DNA of 64,000 bases from Candidatus Latescibacterota bacterium (GCA_965116885.1 OZ220741.1:4448001-4512000), one strand, 5' to 3'; shown: positions 1 through 10,777, numbered from the stretch's first letter. Notes: generated from the letters alone by a model not told the origin. Made by a program: numbers and translations.

Positions 1-21
1 ATTTTCTTGCGTCTCACTTCG

Positions 22-1008
22 CTAAGCCAATGCGTCTATCTGCCTTATCAGATCCCGCAACTTCTGAATAAGCGCGTCCAAACCACGACCTGTGACAGAG
101 GAAATTCCCATATCTGTTTGACCTTGAAAAAATGGACCATTGCGTTGTTCCGGCGGTAACAAGTCCAGTTTGGTAGCAATAAGCATCGCGGGTTTCTCAC
201 GCAATTTTGGACTGAAACGGTCGAGTTCTCCTTTGAGAACCGCCAAATCGTATTCGGGATTGGGACTGGCGACATCAACCATAAAAAGGAGAACGCGCGT
301 GCGTTCAATATGGCGCAAAAACTGAAACCCAAGCCCTTTACCGCGATGTGCCCCTTCAATCAAGCCGGGAATATCCGCCATAACAAAGCTATCGTAATCG
401 CCGCATTTGACAATGCCCAGATTGGGTTGCAGGGTCGTAAAGGGATAATCGGCAATTTTGGGTTGCGCCGCAGAAATTCTGGAGAGAAGGGTCGATTTGC
501 CTGCATTTGGGTGGCCGACCAGACCGACATCGGCGATGAGTTTTAGCTCGAGTTCCAGATGGCGTTCTCGCCCCGCTTCTCCGGGCTGAACATACTCTGG
601 CGCTCTATTTGTCGCCGTGGCAAAACGCGCATTGCCACGACCGCCACGACCGCCCTCAATCAAAACAATGCGCTGACCGGGCTCGGTCAAATCCACGAGA
701 ATCTCGCCTGTCTCTGTATCCTTGATGAGCGTGCCAACTGGCACGGGAATTTCAGCGTCTTCCCCCCGTCGTCCCGCTTTCTTTTTGCCCGACCCATGTT
801 CTCCATGACCTGCGCTCAAGTGTTGTCGATACCGGTAATCGAGCAGTGTGGAAAGGCGCGGGTCCGATATAAAGACGACATCTCCCCCCTTGCCCCCATC
901 GCCGCCATCTGGTCCTCCTCGCGGCACATGCTTTTCTCGGCGAAAGCTTTTGCATCCATTGCCGCCGTTGCCCGAACGGGCATAAATTCTGGTTAGATCG
1001 ATAAACAT
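22..1008 (-). CDS. obgE: GTPase ObgE/CgtA
   Basis: Gly-rich Obg fold (GNGGNG..SFRREK..PRGGPDGGDGG), G1 GHPNAGKS, G2 YPFTT, G3 DIPG, G4 TKLD. Confidence 0.98.
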   Translation of the reverse strand: MFIDLTRIYARSGNGGNGCKSFRREKHVPRGGPDGGDGGKGGDVVFISDPRLSTLLDYRYRQHLSAGHGEHGSGKKKAGRRGEDAEIPVPVGTLIKDTETGEILVDLTEPGQRIVLIEGGRGGRGNARFATATNRAPEYVQPGEAGRERHLELELKLIADVGLVGHPNAGKSTLLSRISAAQPKIADYPFTTLQPNLGIVKCGDYDSFVMADIPGLIEGAHRGKGLGFQFLRHIERTRVLLFMVDVASPNPEYDLAVLKGELDRFSPKLREKPAMLIATKLDLLPPEQRNGPFFQGQTDMGISSVTGRGLDALIQKLRDLIRQIDALA

Positions 1009-1019
1009 GGGGAAATTCG

Positions 1020-1778
1020 CTATGTTGCGGACTCTGCCTGTGCGCTATTTCTCAAAAGCAGAGCCTCTTCAATGGGGATATGCTCATCTGCGCTGTTGAT
1101 GAGATCCCTCGCCGTATTGTAGGTAAAGGAAATGACCTCAACGCGCGGTCCCAGAGTTTTAACGAGATCGACCAGAGGTACAAAATCACCATCGCCACTC
1201 ACGAGAACCACGACATCGAGTTTATTGACAAATCTCATGATATCAATAGCCATGCCCATGTCCCAATCGCCTTTGGCAGATCCATCACTGCGCTGCCGCA
1301 AATCTTTTCTTTTCACTTCGTAGCTCTTTTGTTGGAGCATCGATATAAAGTTACTCTGGTCAACATCCGGCGATTGCACCACATAGGCGATAGCGCGGAT
1401 CAAGCGACGTTTGCCCACACTGAGTTCCAGAAGCTTTTCAAAATCGAGACGCGCATTAAATGGTTTTGCGGCATAAAAGATATTCTGCACATCGACAAAT
1501 ATCCCAACCCGCAATTCGGTCGAGGGAATGGCTGTTCGCCGGTCTAATCGGGCGCTGGCATTGCCCTGTAGGTCGGCGATATTTTTCTGGATATCATCGA
1601 GAATAGAAAAAATTTCCCGGCGTTCTCGCGCACCGCTGATAGCTTCTTTATAAACTCTGTTCTTAATCTCGCGAAGGTCTCGGATCGCAGCCTGTGCGAT
1701 GGTCATCTGATCTAATTTTTGCTCGATACGCGCTATGGTTTCTTGTATTTGTACAATCTGATCGTTAAAGTCTGCCAT
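1020..1778 (-). CDS. NYN-domain (LabA/DUF88, PIN-like) protein with N-terminal coiled coil
   Basis: IFVDVQN, KGDWDMGMAID, LVSGDGDF, G.RVEV motifs; the first ~75 aa show a heptad-like I/L pattern. Confidence 0.88.
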   Translation of the reverse strand: MADFNDQIVQIQETIARIEQKLDQMTIAQAAIRDLREIKNRVYKEAISGARERREIFSILDDIQKNIADLQGNASARLDRRTAIPSTELRVGIFVDVQNIFYAAKPFNARLDFEKLLELSVGKRRLIRAIAYVVQSPDVDQSNFISMLQQKSYEVKRKDLRQRSDGSAKGDWDMGMAIDIMRFVNKLDVVVLVSGDGDFVPLVDLVKTLGPRVEVISFTYNTARDLINSADEHIPIEEALLLRNSAQAESAT

Positions 1779-1781
1779 TTG

Positions 1782-2639
1782 TTATGAGGTCTCCGATATC
1801 ATTAGTTTGTGTAACCCAGCACCAAAGGCAAGGGCAAATCTGCTCGCGTGTCCAAGTTTTGCGCGATCTCGTTTTGGCAACTGAGCAGTATCTATACCGC
1901 GAAATATTGGATGTTCTGCAAGGCTGAGGCCGGCTGGCGGATCAATGGGTGGTATATCCCCCGATAGATAAACCTGTTTGCAGGTGCGGTGTGGAGAACT
2001 CGCGCGAGAGAGCCAGCGTTTTAAATTTTCAGAATCAGGACCTGCTGTTTCAACGCCGATTAAAATACCATTTTCAACGGAAATGTAAAAAGATCCAGCG
2101 GGGTCTCTGTGAACAGCCATCTGCCTGCCCGACTTCCATACGCCAGCGGGTAGTCCCGTACAAAATAGGGCCAGCGGAGCGATAGAGAGATGCATGCGGG
2201 TTTCTCCCAGTGCAGAGCACAGGGTTTTGTGTGCGTCAATCACCCCGTTGCGCACTGCGGTCCAAAAAGCCACGCGCCCTACAGGAATAATGTCGATCGC
2301 GCTATTGTCAACAGGAGAAATGAGCGCCTGCGATGCTTCCCACAAAATCTGCTCGCGGAGATCTTCTTTTCCCGCGATTTCGAGAGGAACTTTTTGGATG
2401 TGATACAGGCCCTCCGAAAGACAAAAAGAAAGTGTGCCAAGCGGTTTTGACAGAATTTCAAGTGCTTGTCCCAATTCCTCAACAAAGGATTCAGGCACCT
2501 CTTTTTGGGGATCAAAATTAAACACTTCCGATACGCGTTGGTTAATCAGCCCCCTTAGATAATACGCATTGTCCAATTTTTCAATGTGAGCCACGCGTAG
2601 TGTATTGCCCGAAATATGAATGCCTGTAGCTGTACTCAT
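1782..2639 (-). CDS. PilM-like (actin/FtsA-fold) protein, divergent
   Basis: N-terminal GIHISGNTLRVAHI, LREQILWEA, VYLSG and C-terminal FALAFGAGL echo PilM; 4-bp overlap with comEA. Confidence 0.5.
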   Translation of the reverse strand: MSTATGIHISGNTLRVAHIEKLDNAYYLRGLINQRVSEVFNFDPQKEVPESFVEELGQALEILSKPLGTLSFCLSEGLYHIQKVPLEIAGKEDLREQILWEASQALISPVDNSAIDIIPVGRVAFWTAVRNGVIDAHKTLCSALGETRMHLSIAPLALFCTGLPAGVWKSGRQMAVHRDPAGSFYISVENGILIGVETAGPDSENLKRWLSRASSPHRTCKQVYLSGDIPPIDPPAGLSLAEHPIFRGIDTAQLPKRDRAKLGHASRFALAFGAGLHKLMISETS

Positions 2640-3085
2640 GGCGTACTCATCGTAAGGTGCGGACGCAAGCGCTCGAGGGTTTTGGGACCAATCCCCCTGA
2701 CCTTTGTAATATCGTCAACGCGCTTAAATGCCCCATTTTTTTCGCGATAGGCCACAATGCGCCCTGCGATTTGAGGCCCAATACCGTGCAAGCGTTCAAA
2801 CTCTTTTGCCGTTGCAGAGTTGATATTGATCAATTCTCCCACCTGGGGAACCTTTTCTTTCGGTGATGGGACTTCCGCCGAACTCTGCCTTTGTGTTAGC
2901 GATGTAACCTGTGGAACTTCTGTCTTTTCTTCTGACGATGGAGCTTCCACGGCATTTTTATGCACCTCAAAATCGGGAATGTGGTCCGGATTTTTACTAT
3001 CGAGATAACGGATGACAATCCCTACAATAAGAACGCCGCAAAGCAGCAATAAAATAATTTGTTCGTTGCGGTTAAAAGTAAACAT
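2636..3085 (-). CDS. comEA: ComEA-family helix-hairpin-helix DNA-binding protein
   Basis: N-terminal TM helix; ININSATAKEFERLHGIGP..A.RIV.YR..NG.F and V.GIGPKT HhH motifs; ATG at 3085 preferred. Confidence 0.9.
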   Translation of the reverse strand: MFTFNRNEQIILLLLCGVLIVGIVIRYLDSKNPDHIPDFEVHKNAVEAPSSEEKTEVPQVTSLTQRQSSAEVPSPKEKVPQVGELININSATAKEFERLHGIGPQIAGRIVAYREKNGAFKRVDDITKVRGIGPKTLERLRPHLTMSTP

Positions 3086-3097
3086 AAAAAAGTCCAA

Positions 3098-6000
3098 TTA
3101 TTGAAATCCGATTTCACCCCAGAATCGAAAATCCCAGGTCACATTTGTGAGTTCACGCAGGTGGTCTTTGCGCCGTTCATGGCGAAACGTCGTACCGCCT
3201 GTAAATCGCGAGCTAAAGGCATATTGCGTCCCCAGGCTTACAGACCAGGATGTCGAGTTTTGGCGGATAATGGGTTCGGCTGGCACATCGGGTTCGGCAC
3301 TTCGGGGCATTTCGGTTTGCGTATTCGAGGTGCGAGAAAAAGAAAGCGTGAGGTCAAGAGTGCCCTGAAATTTTCCGCGCAGCGAATAGCGCACATCTGC
3401 TTGCAATGTACCGTTTTCCGTCAAAGTGGTACCGATCAGGCGGTCGGCAAGAGTCGGTTGAACAGAAGCGGTATCCACAGTCACATTGCGCTGGTAGCGG
3501 ATTTCATCTGTGCTCGTTTCGCGACGGCTAAATGTCGTATTCACATCGCCTATCCAGCGCGCGTTCCACTGAAAAAGTGGATTGTAGGATATTTCTTTGG
3601 CATCGCTTATCAGATAAAGCGGCGAGAGACTGAGGCTGCCATCGCCCCGTCGCATGCGCGATTCTTGATACCCGAACGTGGCATTGGAACTGACCCATAA
3701 CCAGCCGATCAAAGGCACGCGATCAAGGCCGCGCCAACTCGCGTCAAATTTGGGAAAGACGACCTGATCGTCTTTCCCGAGCGTATTGCCCGTGCGTTCG
3801 TTTTCAGAATAATTGGCCGAGGTGTTGAAATTCAGGCCCAGAGGCAGCCGAATACCACTGGATACCTGAGCCTGTCTTCGCACATTGACAGCATTGGTTC
3901 TCGTCCCCGAACTCGTGATTACAATGGGGACCTGGACCGTATCACGAAAGCCAAATTGATAGGCCAATGACGGGCGGGCTGTGAGGCCAAACAAATTATT
4001 TGATTTATTTTCAGAAACACTGCTCGTCACATTTTGAAGACGACCGCCTACTTTCCCAATCCATTGCAAAATGGAAAAGCCACCATCTTTGCCGGATCTG
4101 CGCGTCCAGCGCTGGAACAACCCGGGCAGGTTGAGATTGACACGCGCATTCGCCGTCTGCTGGCTATTGACAGTAAGGCCGCGTCGGACGCTGCCGTACT
4201 GCACGCGCTCCCCACCGATTTCAAAGCGATCCGTGTACGTGGCCGAATACGACGGATTCACGGTAATCCAGTTGGAAAAGCGCGGTGTAAATCTGAAATT
4301 GAGCGATTGGTTACGCGATATTTCGCGACCAAACTGGAGCTGGGTCAGGGCATATCCATTTCGCAAATCGCGGTTGATGGTAAGCGAATAATCCGCATTA
4401 AGACTGCGAAATGGCGAGAGTTTGATCGCGTAACTTTCGGTCAGATTGAAGGTTTCTCGCACCGTATCAATTACATTTGAAGTGTCGCCAGCGATGGCGC
4501 GAAATGAGGTTTGGTCCGACACGCCACGATTAAAACGCAGGTTGTAATTGATACTGGTGGGTAGATAAAAAAACTGCGCCTCTTTGAGCGGCTTGTAAAA
4601 GGGCAACCACTTGAAAATAGCCAGAGTCTCGCGCTGGGACCACGCCTGATTATAGGTCATGTTGCCGTTTAAGTTCTGGTTCTGGCTTCGCCTGCGCTGT
4701 GTAATCGCACCCGTTGTCGATGCATCAGAACTATAGTTGAGTGACGTGGAGGCTTTGTCAAAAAAAATGCGAGACAGCAAGCTCGGATCTTCTCGGGCAG
4801 GTCGCTTTCTCAGCGAAATGGTAAAGCGCGTCTGAGAGCGCACATCGCTTTCGTTGATTTTTTGTTCGGGCGTGAGCACAATATCCGATCCCGGGCGTAT
4901 GCGGGGACTTGATGTAAAGCGGTTATAGCTAAATCGGGCGGGTATAGAAGTATTCCATTCTTTGGGGAAAAATTTGTCGATATTGAGCTGGCTGTCAAAG
5001 TTGAAGCGCGTAGTGGTATTGCCCGAAGCTCTGCCTTGCAGGTCTTGAAAATCGCCGCTTCGGCGTTCCAGATTGACCGTCAAATTGCCCAGATCGGCGA
5101 GGGTTATACGTGTATCAGCGAGGGCAGATAAAGCTGGTTTTTTTCGGATTTCATCAACGCGTAATTCATCTATCCATATCTCGTTTTCACCCAGGAGAAT
5201 CTCATCGCCGCGGTTGCGAATCCCCACGGTAAAGGCTCTAATCGAAGACAACGCGGGATTGCCGCGCACAATATAGGTGCGACCATCCACGTCGATCTCT
5301 ATGCGATTGCCCTCTTTGTCGTAGCGAGCGAGAAAATCGCCACGGCGAAGCGAAACACTAACGGTGTCAGATGCTTGCTCGATGGATTGAAGGTCCAGTA
5401 ATTGACCTTTGAGTTGCGACATGGTCTCGAGGTCTAATCGGACGGTATTGGTTTCTTCTGCCCAGCCGCGATAAACCCGTGACCGATATTCGTAAAAGTT
5501 GAGAGAATCGTCATTGATGGGAGCAAATCGCATGAAAAATTCGATGGGACTGGGGCCAGTGCTCACGGAATCTGCCGCGTCTGAAAAATTGGTGTTATAC
5601 GTTGGATCAGCCGGGTTTCCGCCGTGCAAAAACAGCGTCATAATGCCGTATTCTGTATAGTTCTCTCCACTGGCAAAGTTGCGGGATGCAGAGATGGATT
5701 CGCCCGGGTAGAGATCGACAAACTCAAGCACCAGAGAATTTTCCGACAAACGGATACCCGTGGTGGGATCAATTTCTCGCTCGAGACCCGGAGGGGACTC
5801 GTAAAAGGAATTGTTGGTGCCAATAGTCGAAACCTGAAAATCGCCGGAAGACTGCCCGAAAGCGACCGGGTCTTCCTGCCATTCACTACCGGTTGCGCTA
5901 AAAGTATAGATTTCAACTGATGTGGTATCGTTGTGTTCGAACCAGACGCGCACAAAGTCAAGCGCGCTGGCAAATGTGGTGTCGGGACTACCTTCAAAGG

Positions 6001-9000
6001 TGCGGGGCGCGTCTTGTCCTTTGAGGGGAATGCGCAATAAACGCCACGGAGGATCCGTAACACCACCCAATTCGGGGAAGAGATCGGATTCAGTGCCGGG
6101 CACAAGCACAGATGGGCCGGTAAATGTGCCCGAGACACGGGATAGGCCCCGATTGCTGGACAAATCAACGCTGTATCGGATAAAACTTTCTCGCTGGTCG
6201 AGAAAACCATTGCCGTTGAGGTCTTCGGTATCTGGTCGAGATTGGCGCTCTGCCCTGTTGCCCTCTGTTCCGTTTAGGCCAGAGGGATAGCGGCGCAGGA
6301 TATCTGTCGTGTTTTGATCTACATCTTCAAAATTATCTCCCGAAGGATCGTTGGGCACAGTTACACCTGGAAATATTTTTCGAAAAACCTCGGCTTCTTC
6401 GACATCTGTCAATCCATCCAGACCAATATCCTCTTCTTCGATAACGATATCGTCTCCTGTGGGCAAGCCGCCGATGGGTTTGTCCTCTGTGCGAAAGCCA
6501 CTCTGAAATCGCTCTCGATCGCCTGGATCATTGTACAGGGGATGATCCAGGGGCAGAAGGACGCGCTCAGATACGTCGCCCAAATCGATGTGCAGATGCC
6601 CGTCGTCTCCCCGAATCCAGAGTTCGAGAAATTTAGACCGCGACAAATCGAGGCCATTGACATAGCGCATAATACCCGCCCATGATTGTTGGGGAATGCC
6701 ACTTTCGTTATTCTGCGAGCGAATGGGAAAGCCATTGCTACGCGCGGGATCAAACCGCAGTTTGAGAATATCGACAATGTCTTGTTCCGCGGTTATGTCA
6801 TCGCGGGTGGGCTGAATTCGGGAAAGAGATGCCCTATCGCGGTCAATGGGATTATACCACGTAAGCCGTCCTTGTGGCAATGTGAGCGATCTGTTGTTGC
6901 GAACGGGAACACTTGCGCGATTCCACCCAATTTTTCCAATCGCAAATCGCGTACTATTCAGAGCACCTTCAAAATCATCGATATACGCCACATTTTTGGT
7001 ATTGGGATTTGGCAAACTCTGCGCGATTTCAAAGTCCATGTCGATAGACGACGGCACCTGCGTATTCACAAGAGGAATGGTGTTGACGAGGTCACTCAAC
7101 AGTTTGGGTTGTATCCGAAAGCGGGCATTGGCATCCCACAAAATAGTGCGCGTGGGTTCCTGCCCCACCCGAACGCGCGGCGTGGCGGTACTTTGACTGC
7201 CGTATAGCAAGGTCATGCCAATAAGTGAATACTGATCTTCAAAAGGCCGCTCGAGACGCAGGCCCAAAAGGCTTTTAGACGATTGTCCCAAACCCAATAG
7301 ATCTTTGGTTTGATACGATATGTCCAGTTCAGACGAGGGGTCTGCAACCTCGTTTTCTGCCTCACCAATAAATTTCAAACGGCCTATCTGGTAATTTATT
7401 GTGTAGTCTTCGTCGCGTCTTAAGGTTCGGCTGTTCAGACGCACGACTTCGCTGTCCTCAACCAATCCACCAAATCCGCCGATGTTGAATTCGGTCGATT
7501 GACTCGTCGAACGCACCCGAATAACATACCGCCCTGCGTCCTGGCGGTTGGACACATTGGTTTCGTTGTAAATGCCCGGCACGCGCACCTCGAGGTCGGG
7601 TGCCCCCAAACCCTCCTCGCCAAAAGGCTCGAGAAAGGGAAAAACGAGATGCCCTCTGGGGAGACTCAGGCCGGGGATCTCATTCCCCGTGCCAATATCT
7701 ATGAGCCGGTCTGGTGGAGAAGATTCAGAAGAGCCGTTGGTGCGTCGGTCAAGACCAAAAATTTCCAGGAATGACATGCCCTCCTGATTATCCTGTTCAC
7801 TTTCACCCGGCACCTTGCGAAAGATGCCGACGAACAAACCAGTTTGATCAATGTTGCGCCCGCCAAGGCTATATACATTGCGCCACGCGAGTTTCCAGGT
7901 CGGATCTGTGGGGCGTTGTTGTCTGGCTTTGATGAGCTTGAGTTGAATTTTTTTGTCGGGATTTCCCGGATCGGGAATAAATTGTATATCGCCAAAATTT
8001 TCACCCGACGCGGTTTGATAAGCCACCGCAAGCGTGTAGCCCCGCGAAATCGTACGTCCATGGATGAGATACCCTTCGGGTAAAGCCGTAAATTCGGAGG
8101 GGTCGAGTTCGTGAAATGTACCTTCTTCAACGCCCTTATCAAAACCACGCGATGCCGCTTCATCGGGCGATCCATTGTTCCACGCGAGGTATGCGATGCC
8201 GGGAATGGCCGAGTCTTCGAGGTCGTTTTGCGCATTGTAGTCGTTTATGAAAACGCGCACGCTTTGCTCTGTAACGCGATCGCCCGGTGCGGGAAGCAAA
8301 CCGTTTCGGAAATTTTCTCGATAGGTGTTATCGAGAAAAAAATAGGTGTTTTCGACGTACCTGTAATCGGGGATTTCATCGGATCTTTCCTGCCCCTGGC
8401 CCGTAAAGGTCTGGCGATCGCTCGACGATTTGTCCTGAGACGTGACAACAGTAAAATTGATGGCGCCAACCCGCCCCCGCGTTTTGATGCCAAACAGCCC
8501 ACCTCTGTTGCCGCCGCTAAATCCAATCAGGCGGGTACCGGGTAATGCCAGCGACGTGTTGCCCGCTTCTATGGTTTCAATAATGCCGTCTTCATCACCT
8601 GTGTATTGCAGGCGCAGGCCTTCGGCCAGATCAAAGCCCTGTCGCTCGCTATTTTGCTCCAACGAAACCATGATCCGATCGCCAATGGTGCCTTCAACAG
8701 CGAGTTGGGCCTCTTGCTCAAAATTGATAGTGGGAAAGCGAGATGTGCTCAGGTGAGCCGCTTGCGCCTGTCCCAAAGTGTATTGCGAGAGACCCGACAA
8801 TTCGATGCGGCGATGCCCTCTGATGGTAAGATTGGCGGCCCCTTCCCCAGTAATAGCACTCAAACGCTGGGGAACGCGAATCGGAATTTTGACATCAATC
8901 AATCCATCGCCTTCTTCATCGTCATCCATGCGGCCTCCCAATCGCTCCAGTGCAAGACGATGGGTATCATGGTGGAACTTGTAACGCATAAAGTCGCTTA

Positions 9001-9289
9001 GACTGATAATCACCGGAAGGCCATAAGGCGCGCCCCCCAGATCGCGGAACACCATCAGTGTATATTCGGTTTCTGTTTCTATCAGTTGCGCCGTAGGGGG
9101 CGCATAAGGGCGTCTTTGAGGAAAATAAGAAGTGGATCCAGGCGTATCGCGCAAAAAGGCTTCAAGCGTTGACACACCTATTTGCGGGCGCAAACCCGGC
9201 GTGGCAAGGGCAATACTCGGGCAGAGAAACGCAAGAAAAAATAAAACACTGAGGTCGCGTGACCTCAGGTGAATGTGAATAAACTTCAT
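3098..9289 (-). CDS. sprA: SprA-family giant outer-membrane beta-barrel (T9SS translocon homologue)
   Basis: ~2060 aa, signal peptide, motifs YIDDFEG, RLTWYN, PDTEDLNGNG, IWIDELR, amphipathic strands with aromatic C-terminus; start at ATG 9289 inferred. Confidence 0.88.
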   Translation of the reverse strand: MKFIHIHLRSRDLSVLFFLAFLCPSIALATPGLRPQIGVSTLEAFLRDTPGSTSYFPQRRPYAPPTAQLIETETEYTLMVFRDLGGAPYGLPVIISLSDFMRYKFHHDTHRLALERLGGRMDDDEEGDGLIDVKIPIRVPQRLSAITGEGAANLTIRGHRRIELSGLSQYTLGQAQAAHLSTSRFPTINFEQEAQLAVEGTIGDRIMVSLEQNSERQGFDLAEGLRLQYTGDEDGIIETIEAGNTSLALPGTRLIGFSGGNRGGLFGIKTRGRVGAINFTVVTSQDKSSSDRQTFTGQGQERSDEIPDYRYVENTYFFLDNTYRENFRNGLLPAPGDRVTEQSVRVFINDYNAQNDLEDSAIPGIAYLAWNNGSPDEAASRGFDKGVEEGTFHELDPSEFTALPEGYLIHGRTISRGYTLAVAYQTASGENFGDIQFIPDPGNPDKKIQLKLIKARQQRPTDPTWKLAWRNVYSLGGRNIDQTGLFVGIFRKVPGESEQDNQEGMSFLEIFGLDRRTNGSSESSPPDRLIDIGTGNEIPGLSLPRGHLVFPFLEPFGEEGLGAPDLEVRVPGIYNETNVSNRQDAGRYVIRVRSTSQSTEFNIGGFGGLVEDSEVVRLNSRTLRRDEDYTINYQIGRLKFIGEAENEVADPSSELDISYQTKDLLGLGQSSKSLLGLRLERPFEDQYSLIGMTLLYGSQSTATPRVRVGQEPTRTILWDANARFRIQPKLLSDLVNTIPLVNTQVPSSIDMDFEIAQSLPNPNTKNVAYIDDFEGALNSTRFAIGKIGWNRASVPVRNNRSLTLPQGRLTWYNPIDRDRASLSRIQPTRDDITAEQDIVDILKLRFDPARSNGFPIRSQNNESGIPQQSWAGIMRYVNGLDLSRSKFLELWIRGDDGHLHIDLGDVSERVLLPLDHPLYNDPGDRERFQSGFRTEDKPIGGLPTGDDIVIEEEDIGLDGLTDVEEAEVFRKIFPGVTVPNDPSGDNFEDVDQNTTDILRRYPSGLNGTEGNRAERQSRPDTEDLNGNGFLDQRESFIRYSVDLSSNRGLSRVSGTFTGPSVLVPGTESDLFPELGGVTDPPWRLLRIPLKGQDAPRTFEGSPDTTFASALDFVRVWFEHNDTTSVEIYTFSATGSEWQEDPVAFGQSSGDFQVSTIGTNNSFYESPPGLEREIDPTTGIRLSENSLVLEFVDLYPGESISASRNFASGENYTEYGIMTLFLHGGNPADPTYNTNFSDAADSVSTGPSPIEFFMRFAPINDDSLNFYEYRSRVYRGWAEETNTVRLDLETMSQLKGQLLDLQSIEQASDTVSVSLRRGDFLARYDKEGNRIEIDVDGRTYIVRGNPALSSIRAFTVGIRNRGDEILLGENEIWIDELRVDEIRKKPALSALADTRITLADLGNLTVNLERRSGDFQDLQGRASGNTTTRFNFDSQLNIDKFFPKEWNTSIPARFSYNRFTSSPRIRPGSDIVLTPEQKINESDVRSQTRFTISLRKRPAREDPSLLSRIFFDKASTSLNYSSDASTTGAITQRRRSQNQNLNGNMTYNQAWSQRETLAIFKWLPFYKPLKEAQFFYLPTSINYNLRFNRGVSDQTSFRAIAGDTSNVIDTVRETFNLTESYAIKLSPFRSLNADYSLTINRDLRNGYALTQLQFGREISRNQSLNFRFTPRFSNWITVNPSYSATYTDRFEIGGERVQYGSVRRGLTVNSQQTANARVNLNLPGLFQRWTRRSGKDGGFSILQWIGKVGGRLQNVTSSVSENKSNNLFGLTARPSLAYQFGFRDTVQVPIVITSSGTRTNAVNVRRQAQVSSGIRLPLGLNFNTSANYSENERTGNTLGKDDQVVFPKFDASWRGLDRVPLIGWLWVSSNATFGYQESRMRRGDGSLSLSPLYLISDAKEISYNPLFQWNARWIGDVNTTFSRRETSTDEIRYQRNVTVDTASVQPTLADRLIGTTLTENGTLQADVRYSLRGKFQGTLDLTLSFSRTSNTQTEMPRSAEPDVPAEPIIRQNSTSWSVSLGTQYAFSSRFTGGTTFRHERRKDHLRELTNVTWDFRFWGEIGFQ

Positions 9290-9355
9290 AAGGGCTTTGG
9301 GTAACAGTCGGAAAGTTGTATTAAGGAGCGGGTGATAGATCATTGAACAAAGTAC

Positions 9356-9383
9356 ATAATAGCATAAGCCACATGAAAGTCAA
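9356..9383 (-). promoter_or_regulatory. Putative sigma70 promoter of the sprA operon
   Basis: TTGACT-N16-TATTAT with TGn extended -10 on the minus strand. Confidence 0.5.
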
Positions 9384-9500
9384 GGTAAAATCCTCAGAAA
9401 TTGGCGGGGAATAAATATCGGTAAGCACGTCTTTTTTTCAGAGGTAAAAAGCCGTATATTTCGTTGATCGTTAAACTCATTTTTGAAAAAAAGGTTCCTC

Positions 9501-10775
9501 ATGCGCTTGCGTCGGTATGTGCTATCCGAACTGATGATGCCATTTTTATTTGGTTTTTCCGTTATCATCTTTCTTCTGGTCATCGATCTCATTTTGCAAA
9601 TGCTCGATCGAATTCTGGGAAAAGGCGTCCCCATAAGTGTGGTTTTTGAGTTGTTTTTTTTAAACACAGCCTGGATGATTGCCCTCGCCGTTCCAATGGC
9701 TGTGTTGGTCAGTACCCTGCTGGCATTTGGCCGATTGAGTGCCGCAGGCGAAATTGTGGCCATGCGCGCATTGGGCATTGGAATTCACCAGGTTGTAGGA
9801 CCGGTACTACTCGTCGCCGCACTGCTGGGAATTGGGCTGGTGGTTTTTAATGACCGCGTATTGCCCGAATTTAATCACCGCGCCCGCGTGTTGATGACAG
9901 ATATTCACCGCAAACGCCCCGCGGTTGCGCTGGCCGACAAGGCCGGAGTAATGATTGGCGATTTCAAAAATTATCAGATTTTGTTTGATCGCGCCGATAC
10001 AGGTGGCAATATTCTTTACGACTTGCTGGTATATAGCTTTAATAGCAACGGGTTCCCCGAAACAGCGGTTGCCGATTCGGGCGTTGTCGAATTTGACGAA
10101 GCGCGAGACGAGGCTCTGCTCTATCTTTTTAATGGGGAAATGCACCGCATTGATCCAGATGATCCCACAGTCTATGCGCTCACGACATTTGCCAAAGCCA
10201 GATTGCGGCTCGGAGATGCGGGCCAACAGTTGTCGAGATCTTCATCGGCATATCGCAATGATCGAGAAATGGATATCGCCACCATGCAGCATAAAATCTC
10301 TCAGTATGAAAGCGAATTACATCAGGCGAAGGTAAAAAGGGCGAACCTTCTGAATGCGTTTGTGCGTGAAGTATTAATAGATTCCGCAGATGCAAAACCC
10401 GTGCAGTCGCCGCGCGCTGTATTGGGGCGTGTAGCAGCCGATACGCGGATTGCACGCCATAAGTCGAGAGCAGCAGATCGATTGCGCGTGGAAGTACACA
10501 AAAAATTTTCAATCCCCGCAGCCTGTGTTGCATTTGTACTGGTGGGCGCGCCTATCGGCGTGTGGGCGCGCAGCAGCAGTGCGGCAATTGGCGCGGCGAT
10601 TAGCATTGGCTTTTTTTTAGTCTGGTGGATCTTTCTTATCGGTGGTGAAAAATTGGCTGACCGAGGTGTAATCATGCCCTGGTTGGCGATGTGGATGCCC
10701 AATGTATTGACCGTCCTGATCGGTGCTGTTCTGTCTGCGCGAATTATCTGCGAATGGGGCACAAACAGGAGATAA
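9501..10775 (+). CDS. lptF: LPS export permease LptF
   Basis: RYVLSEL..PF, FGRLSAAGEIVAMRALG, EVHKKFSIP, WMPN; paired with an LptG-like gene. Confidence 0.85.
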   Translation: MRLRRYVLSELMMPFLFGFSVIIFLLVIDLILQMLDRILGKGVPISVVFELFFLNTAWMIALAVPMAVLVSTLLAFGRLSAAGEIVAMRALGIGIHQVVGPVLLVAALLGIGLVVFNDRVLPEFNHRARVLMTDIHRKRPAVALADKAGVMIGDFKNYQILFDRADTGGNILYDLLVYSFNSNGFPETAVADSGVVEFDEARDEALLYLFNGEMHRIDPDDPTVYALTTFAKARLRLGDAGQQLSRSSSAYRNDREMDIATMQHKISQYESELHQAKVKRANLLNAFVREVLIDSADAKPVQSPRAVLGRVAADTRIARHKSRAADRLRVEVHKKFSIPAACVAFVLVGAPIGVWARSSSAAIGAAISIGFFLVWWIFLIGGEKLADRGVIMPWLAMWMPNVLTVLIGAVLSARIICEWGTNRR

Positions 10776-10777
10776 CC

